DNA of 64,000 bases from Eledone cirrhosa (lineage: Eukaryota): positions 16,802,001 to 16,866,000 of the forward strand of contig OZ024747.1 in NCBI GenBank assembly GCA_964016885.1, given 5' to 3'. The position numbers and the translations under genes were made by a program. This document shows, piece after piece, positions 54,774 through 64,000 of this stretch. The notes beneath the pieces are model-generated. The model had not been told where the DNA came from and did not search any database. It worked only from the letters and a program-made list of their open reading frames with translations. Position 1 is the stretch's first letter. Each line of letters begins with the position of its first letter.

Positions 54774-55050
54774 CAACACATCACCTGCTATTTCTTCCAT
54801 GCTGCGCCAACAGTGGCCAGCAAATCTGAGTCCCTGTCCACGTATTGACCTGCTGATAGGTGGTATATTGCCATAGAGATCCGTATTTGTTGGGTGTTCC
54901 CTCCATGACACGTTTAAAGCAGACATACGTCAAGCAACTTGAGGACGATACTGGATGCACTGCGGAAGAACTGGCAAACGCTATGAGAGACAGAGAAGGA
55001 TGGAGGAAACGTGACGTAGAAAGCCGAGCAAGCTCGATCTGATGAGGATG
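54774..55050 (+). mobile_element. RTE-clade LINE 3' fragment with inverted 5' half and 11-bp TSD
   Basis: + strand: TYVKQLEDDTGC..ELANAMRDREGWRKR, then a TGA-repeat tail. Minus strand 54774-54909: SWREHPTNTDLYGNIPPISRSIR..LRFAGHCWRS. ATATGTTTAAA at 54763-54773 and 55051-55061. Confidence 0.88.
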
Positions 55051-55158
55051 ATATGTTTAAAACCCGTAGAGCAAATATTTATCATTTTTACAGATAATTT
55101 TGTAAGTAAAGAATCGCTGCTTTCACCCTTATATGTATACATATATAGATAGATATGT

Positions 55159-55196
<38 letters not shown>

Positions 55197-56029
55197 ATAC
55201 ATACACATACATACGTGCGTGTGTGCGTTCGGACTATGTGTATACCTGTGGGATATGTGTCTGCATATTATCAATTTTTATTTAAATGGCCTTAGAATAT
55301 ATTGAAATTGAACTGAGTGCAAATCTTTGCACAATACGTATTATTAACAAACAGAATCAAATTTATGAACATAGAATATGTCGCCTTTGAGAATTCTATC
55401 ATAATTATATTACGACCAAACAGAAAAAAAAATTAAATCTTGAGCTTATACATTTCTTCACTTCTACTGATACAATCTTTCACGTTCATATGAATATAAC
55501 TACAATGATATATATCTGACACAGGCTAGTTGAATTGACTCTGACGTATATCGATATAAACTTAAGATTTACAATATATCATTCTAGTAGTTATCGAAAC
55601 AGTCCCTAGGCTAAGGCAAATATAATTCCTAGAAGACTAGATCTAAATATTCCCTTGATGCTCCAAGAAAAGATGCAGTGTAGAATTAAATTTTCTTTAC
55701 AGACAAATGAAACCTATCGGCGTCATAACAGAAGACTAGGCTTGTAGCCAACAAGAAGCAGCCGAAGCAGCCATTTTGTATAAATGCCTAGGACTGATCA
55801 TGTCCCGCTGAAAACACAACTAACCAGCTACTCGACTATCAAGTACCAGGTTCCAAATTGCGTTTGATAACACGTTTGATGAGGTGATAATTTTTACGTT
55901 TTCTAGAAACCACAATTTACGACAATATATTCTTACTAAAGTGACTACCTCAAAAGTGTCATTCTACCAACTCACCTAACAATATCGAATATATTTTAAT
56001 CAGAGATATTTCGTCACTATGAATAAATA

Positions 56030-56200
56030 ATGATTACTTATATAGGCACACGGTCAGCAATTTTGGGGGAGGGGTACGTCGATTAAATTGACCCCAGTGC
56101 GTGACTGGTACTTTATACGAAAGGCAAAGTTAACCTCAACGGGATTTGAACTCAGATCATAAAGGGCCGTAACTCTAAGTTGCGAAGCATGGCGTCCGAT
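56030..56200 (-). mobile_element. tRNA/Meta-core SINE, older and longer-tailed variant (more degenerate + copies near 58553-58690 and 59608-59810)
   Basis: GAAAGGCAAAGTTAACCTC..GGGATTTGAACTCAG; extra GGGGTACGTCGATTAAATTGACCCC segment not present in the 31523 copy. Confidence 0.75.
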
Positions 56201-57876
56201 AGAATATGTACTAACAAAATACTATCTACGTCGTCGCTCAGCATAGTAGAAATAACAGCAAAATATGGGTCAAGATCTAATCTTTTTGAATCCTTTTTAC
56301 CCAGAATTAGCATTCATGGTGAAGGCATATGGTCAAAGGCCTCCAAGCTGTCTATAGATGCACTTTATTTCTGTTAGGGAGTATTTTGCCTAATATATCC
56401 ATTTATATTCAACATGAAGTCTAGTTGAATAAATGTTTAACAGTTGTCGCAATGAAGACACATTTATGGTGTCTGTTGAAATAAGTTATTAATGAAAAAT
56501 AGACTTGCGATACAGATACCAATGACACAATATATATCTAGCTGTATACACTTCAAATGATTGTATAGCGGTAAGTTAATGGTACATACTTCGCTGAGAT
56601 AAAGGATAAAACTATTTCATTGTAAACATCATAAAGACGCCTCAATTCAATACGAATTGTTTGATTTACTATTATATGCTATTCCTAGTCTAGACATAGA
56701 TGCACGGACCAAAGTGGTTTCTTTGTAGAAAAATAAATATTGAAATATATGAACTCAAGACAATTTCTATAATAACCAGAGATACAAATATGAATATAGA
56801 TTTTCATCTTCAGTACAGTAAAAATTCTGCGTTTCATGAAAAATATTGATTTCTTTTGTTAATGAACAAGGATATTGTTTTACAGAGAATTATATGTTAT
56901 TGAAATTTCTATAATGGAGTAGCTATTGTAATATACAGTATAGTATATGTCGCATAGTCCACATTTTTTATGAAATATAATTCTCATGGTTTCAAAATGT
57001 GCCAAACCGATAGAAACGTAAAGGTGTGGAGTATTGGTGTATTTTTGCTAAATTGCAAACGTTTGGTTTCAAGTAAAATATTTATACATTTACTATATTA
57101 AATATAAGTTAAAATATCTCTATATGGTGTATTCGGTGATTAATTTAGCTACACTTACCATAGACACTGGGAGAATGAAATATAATTGCACTGTATTTCG
57201 AAAAGGAAATCTCCGGGCAGGATAATAATGCGTAATGGGATATATGTAAATGTAGATTCAACTTGTCAGCTATAGTATGATTCGGCAATTTTGTAATTTG
57301 GCTATTGCGCTTTTGTAGGAAACAAATATTTGTTTTACTAACACAAGAGTAATTTCACTACATTCGGGAAATTACATTTTATTTCTTTATAAAGATAAAT
57401 ATAGAGAAAATGAAGAGACTCAATTACCTCTTTTTGAATAAATAAAAAATAGATACCAATTTGAAATCGATGCAAAGATTGTGTTGCTTTTTTGTTATGG
57501 TTTTAGTGTCGCCAATGCGTCTCATCAACATATGCAATAATAAATGTGCTGAGAAATTCAAAGTCATAATCAATTTTATGATTAACGTCATTATGTTAGT
57601 AATTAGATTATGTGAAGTTAACACATAAGAGAAAAATTTGGAAAAACATTCATTTTAATGTGTGTTGACGTTAAATGTATGCGATAGAAGAGAAAATAAA
57701 ATATCAATGAAGCTAGAAACAGGGGAAATATGTTTCTAAAGAAAAGAAAAATTAATTTCATTGCCAAGAATATTTTACGGACTCATACTAAATGTACTGA
57801 ATGACAGATGAATTGCGTGTCTTGAAACGAGCTAAACTTATAACTTGGAAAGATGATCATATACTTTTGCTCATAG

Positions 57877-58110
57877 GTCTTGTTTGTGCTGCTGTAAACC
57901 CTGCAGCATAAACAGAAACATGAGATTTTAAATGGGCGGATGAACTTCCCAGAATCAACGGCTATTCACCCAATCTATGGCTTAAATATCGTCACCACCC
58001 CACAATTGACCAAATCTGGTCAGTACGGCAACATTGTTGACATGACCAAAGCTGAACTGAAAATGAAGGAGGTCAACCTTTACATACATTTCGCAGATGA
58101 TTGGCTTGAG
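57877..58110 (+). CDS. Candidate host exon, product unknown
   Basis: GC-richer unique block. Acceptors at 57876 (TCATAG) or 57906 (CTGCAG); open frame HKQKHEILNGRMNFPES...FADDWLE, then GAG|GTATAT. An alternative frame from 57877 gives SCLCCCKPCSINRNMRF*. Confidence 0.3.
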
Positions 58111-59928
58111 GTATATATCAATGTGAAAAACCTGACATCGGCATCGAGGTGTTCAACAGCTGTGTGCAGTCAACTAAAGTCTTTTCAAAACATGGTGTTA
58201 TTGCCATAACAAATATGCTTTCAGTTATTGAGTTGTGGTCTTTTATGTTTTTAAGTTAAAAAACACACCAAGTACGACCTTTCAACTGATTATTTTGAAG
58301 TAATTGAAATAATTTTCAGAAGTACGTGCACAATAATTTATCCGATTGATCACATCCCAAAGTATGTAGACTATATGGATTATGTTTTATGTTTGTGTGT
58401 ATAGTATAGATGATAATTGATGCATATCAAAGCAAAGGTGTATTAAGCACAGGAAAAGCTCAGTAACATCAACGATCTAAGTTCTAAATATAAAAGCGAA
58501 AGGGAAATTTAACTCTATTTAATAATTGTATTGGAAACAGTAATTAGTGCCGAATCAGCAGAGTGGAAAGAATGTATGGCAACATGCCTCGTGGCATTTG
58601 GTCAACTTTCTCTGTCCTGGTTTGAAATCTTGGCGATGCCAGCCTCATATTTCATCCCATGTTGATTGAACGAATGAAATACTACTTTACGTTGAACGTT
58701 TAGAGGAGTTGATAGAACGTCAATTTAGATGTATTGCAGTATTTGTCTTACCACACCGTGTTCGGATCCACTCTATTTGAAGCAGTCAGCATAAGCTGCC
58801 CGCTTGAGGATAACTTCCTGCCACCTGGCTAGAAAGCTTTGAACATTGCAATATTCATATTAATTATAGTAAGTAGCTTTCTACGAACTCTGACTGTGCC
58901 TAGTAACATGAGTAGTAAGCAAGTTATTAATTTATTGCGTTAGATGTTAACGCTTCTCAACAATCTATGTTTACAACTGCTGATGGAGAATCGATAAATA
59001 AGTATGAATTACTTGCGGGAAGGATGTTTTTAAAACGTGTATTTAAAATATATGTGATAAGTGTGAAGGAAACAAACATATTAGATGTTTATGGATCAAG
59101 ACCTTTATTTAGCGGATATTTATATAGCAACTGCAGCACACGGGATTCTCACATCTTGTCTTCGAGAAAGGGCCCATATCCTATTTATCTGTATTTTTTC
59201 CGTTCTGTATATTAACTACATATGTTTTAGGTGCAAAGTTTCCCTTTGATAGTGGTAAAAGGAATGCCAGTATCCTTACCGATTCGGTGTTTTAAATATC
59301 GTTTTTCTTTGCAATATAATAGAGATAATCTTGTGGCAAAACCTTACGTTATGATAGTCATTTACACGTGACTTCGATAAAATATTGATAAGAGCTGACA
59401 GTAATCTTTTAAATTTCTAAGCTGAAATGAAATCATCCATAATATGTCAATGTTGAAAGCAAGAACAATAGTTTATATCGTAATTTTTTTTTTTCATTTC
59501 TTTCTTTTCCTCATTTTACATTTCGATAAGTGTTGTCTTTTATCTCTATGGGCCATATAAACTGTAATATACTTCAGTGGAGTTTAATGGCAATATTCCA
59601 AAACAGAAGGCAGTGGATTGGGAAAATCGTTAGAGCATTCAATCGAAATGACTTGCAGTATTTAATTACAGCCCTCTCCGTTCTAATTCCCCATGCCGTC
59701 TAGGTCACCATTGCCTTTCATCCTTCCGAGTTTAATGAAATAATGTACATTCAAGAATATGGGTCGATTCAATCAACTATACTTGCGCCCAAAAATGTAT
59801 ATTCCTGTGCCAACTGTACTGATGTGATAGATCAATATTCCAAAACCAAATAATTTCCTTTGAAATCAGTATCTATACTGCTTATATATACACACACTGC
59901 CTATATGAAACGGAAATAAAGTGAGATA

Positions 59929-60003
59929 TACATACATACATACATACATACATACATACATACATACATACATACATACATACATACATACATACATACA
60001 TAC
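59929..60003. repeat. (TACA)n tetranucleotide microsatellite
   Basis: Direct inspection. Confidence 0.98.
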
Positions 60004-61042
60004 ACTACATCAACAAACTGGGTTGATGTCAAACGTGTCGTACATCTTCCGAACGAATTAATACAGAAAGGGCCATTTAGTGATTAGCTCTATGTCAACC
60101 TTCATCAACTATATTTATGATCAAAGGCCTTTCTGGTGTAACCACCTTGTATGTTTGCTGAAATATAGAACTATATTTTCTATCATTTTCTTTCCATATT
60201 GATAACAAGTGTTTTGGCTGCCGATTTTCTGACGCCTGGGCCACTGTACACATGTTTCTTGTTATAATACTTAATTCGACTTAATTGGGTATAAAACGTA
60301 CGAAATTTATGACATTGTAATCTTGCAATAAGATTTGGCTATTGACTAGAAACATATAGCCATATATTCTCTTTTATATATTATGATCATCTTAAGCAAT
60401 AATATTAGAACACTCATCAGTAGTAGCAGCAGGGATGATTGTTATGGCAGCAGCAAAAGCAGAAAAAGACAATTGCAGATATATAACAGATATATACGCC
60501 TGGCTTTACAGACGAGATCTTCAAGAGTACATACATTTTTTATTAGCCGGTGAGCTGCAACTATCTATGAACCTTACTCTCCCGTAAACAGAAAAAAAAC
60601 AGAGCAAATCGTGGAATCGTGAGCAAGCCTCCAACACATATAGCAATGTGGACGTTTTATAAGTTACCTAAGTAAATTTTCTTTTCCATTAAAATAAACA
60701 CACATGTTCAGGAATATACCACTTGATTTGCAGAAACTTGTATTTTTATCTTCTCGTGTATATAGAGTTTAGAAATAGTGTATGACTATATATGCATTGA
60801 AATAAATGTGTTTAATTTCATATAGCTCTTCGGCGTTATTTTATAGGATTTATTTTTTTCTATATAGTGTTTTGAAATGGTTTAGCAAATTATGCAAAAC
60901 AACAACAACAAGAAAATCCTCGACTACATTAAATTAATGATGGTATTACAATTATAAAACTTCGATCACTTGGGATATATCTTACCGCAGTTTATCTACT
61001 TAAAAGCTCTTATGCTGGCGAAACACACACACACACATACAC

Positions 61043-61114
<72 letters not shown>

Positions 61115-61828
61115 TAGTATTGACGGAAATATAAATATTTTCAATTTACATTTATGTCTTATTTCTTTATTATTATTCGTGCTGAATCTCATTTAATAGA
61201 AAATATAACATTCGCTTAACACTAATAAACACCTCATAACTTACAGATTTTAGTAACCTCCTCGATAAATCCAACGTAAATCCAAGGTCTAATGGTTATT
61301 AATATTACTATTTCTATTTCAAATTGTATTTATTGCACCATATATATATATGACACGTTAGAATTTTAATACTTAATACTTAAAAGCCTACAAGTTCCTT
61401 GAAATATGTTGGTTTCCTTTTTTAAGTGAGATAAGTATGCTTATAAATAGGTTTCTTTTTTTAATATGAAGGTAATTGTATCAACTAATACTTTATAAAC
61501 GGGTTTATGTATCAAACATTACAATCACCAAGTCGCTCCGCTCTATAATTTATTAAGTGCCTTCCTTTTTTATACATATATATGTATATATGTGTCTGTC
61601 TGAGTGTGAGTGTGTGTGTTTGTGTGTGTGTGGGTGTGTGTGGGTGTGTGTGTGTGTCTGTGTGTGTGTGTGTGTGTGTGTGTATTTGAATATATATCAT
61701 TATTTTATGATATATGCATTCATACATGCGCACACATGCACAGATATTCCCTCTTTCTCCATACTGCCTTCTGATGTTATTACCCGCGGATTTAACTATT
61801 TGCATTGTAGTAGCTTCCATAAATAACC

Positions 61829-61889
<61 letters not shown>

Positions 61890-61948
61890 GTTGAGTATAT
61901 GTTATACTATAAACGAAGCCAAATTTTAAATATTTGACTTAATTATTT

Positions 61949-62000
<52 letters not shown>

Positions 62001-63709
62001 TGTTATACTTGGGGAGGGTCATATTTGTGTAATATTGCCAGAATTAATAACAGAACACACTCACTGTTTGGTTGGTTTTCGCTTCTCGCTTCTGTGTCTT
62101 TTATATCGGTAATCTAACTTACTCGATCCTCAATGTTGCCATTGACTGACCGACGGTCAAAAATAATACAGATACAATATAGACACAAACACATATATAT
62201 AGTTTATCATAAATCTTTCGTTGCACATCTGCAACATCGTCAGTGGTGCTATCGTTATATATATATACACTGGCGCACGGAACAGTGTGGCCACTGTCGC
62301 CATTGAAATATATATCACAGCATTATTATTAAAGGACTTGAACAACTGAAATTACTTCGCTTTTCCTTATTCGATTATATATATACATATATATATATAC
62401 GAAGGAAGCATATATATATATACGAAGTTGTGCTGCTCACCGCAAAATGTCAGTGACGCAAGCGCCTAGAGTTGCATATATATCTTAATCAATCTACGTA
62501 TCCCTTTCATTATCTCTGTATTCATCAATCTAACTATTCCCTTCTAACCATGACTGTATATCGACTCACATTACGCAGGCGGTAAGTTGATAAAATGCGT
62601 ATTAGAAGTATATAGATGAGAATTGAGTATGTTGTTTCTACTAGATAAAATAATACCAATATATTACTCTATATCAAAAATATCAATACATTATTTGCAT
62701 CAGTGATGATATCAATACGAATATATTAATATATCAGATGATCAAGATATAGAAGAATCATCTAACTGCATCGACAGTATTGCACTATCATATTATTTGT
62801 ATATAGACCAGGCAGAACCTACTGCCTATAACATATAACATCTCTGAAATGCTACTAGAATACGAATGAAAAAAAACATAGAATATATGAATTTGTAACA
62901 TCTGTTTCAGATATAATTTATCTATTCAATATTCAATGTTATACCAAAAATTTTATTTGACGTAATGTCTAAAAAATATAGTATTTGATGATATATATCG
63001 TTTTCAATGAAAGCGAATCTGCACCTTGTTTTGCAAATAAATGTTTTACATAATATTTCTATGTATTATGTTACGTGAATACATTGACATAAATATGTGT
63101 TAATGTTATGTCTAAAATTCTTGCAATAATATAGAGTGATACGAATTATTTAAATATTCTTTAGTTTGACAAGACAGGATACTAGAAATTTATGTTATGG
63201 ATCAATGTTTAAAATGTCATGCTTTTATATAATATGTTGCTGTTTGAAAAGTGATTTCTCACACACAAAATATTACCTCTAAATAATAGGTGTAAAATAT
63301 GCCTATAGACAAACAGAAAACGCATCATTCATTATTTGAAATATCACTAGTAACGATATTGTCCATAATAAACTTTCATGCTTCTAAATATTCCCAAAGT
63401 ATTTCAGTGGCATGCCTATGATAAATATAGCGTATTATAATCCACAACACACAGATTATTTTAAACTGACTCACCTGAGAAAATTGATTAGATTGTTGAT
63501 TGGAAATAAGTCTACACTTTAACTTACCTGTAATAAAATAAAATAAAAACACTTTATTAAATATATTAGAAGAAATATGAGGATTTCTATAATAGTATAT
63601 TTGAATACATATATCAAAATAAATATATAACTTATTTATATGTACGTGAGTGGGGCCATGTACAAACATACAGACACACACACACACGCACAAGTTCGTA
63701 CAGACACAC

Positions 63710-63780
<71 letters not shown>

Positions 63781-64000
63781 TGTATTATATATATATGCAT
63801 GTATAGAAGGCGATGAATTGGTAGGTAACATGTCACGCTGGGGTTCAATTTGTATTTCAATCTTTCGAGTTCGATAAATATAGCATCATTCCAGAACTGG
63901 TATCGATTACTCCTCTACATCTCTTTCACCAATCTTTTTTTCCTTTTTATAGAAGAACTCAACATTGTTCAGAGCTGTATGTATATATGCATGTATAAAT

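Overview
Very AT-rich eukaryotic DNA with no long intact host ORF, full of (TA)n, (CA)n and (GA)n microsatellites. The tRNA-head SINEs with a Meta-type core and the RTE LINE tail resemble octopod cephalopod repeats (inference from recalled repeats, not a database hit). The dominant content is Penelope-like retroelements (PLEs, Naiad-type, (TA)n-targeting). There is one young near-intact element (38750-42561: 286-bp direct pLTRs, RT with YRDD, C-terminal GIY-YIG, one frameshift) and two truncated GIY-YIG copies. There are also about a dozen short non-coding fold-back (palindromic) pLTR derivatives from several distinct families. About 15 type-I hammerhead ribozyme motifs can be read from the sequence, including back-to-back pairs, a U3:A8 core variant, a hammerhead with a ~92-nt stem II, and family-specific palindromic stem III sequences. 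Also present: a Helitron with a helicase remnant, a 5'-inverted RTE insertion with a TSD, a CRE-like fragment, several SINEs, an unclassified TA-anchored repeat family, and a few weak candidate host exons or splice signals. All RNA structures and coordinates were read by eye and are untested.
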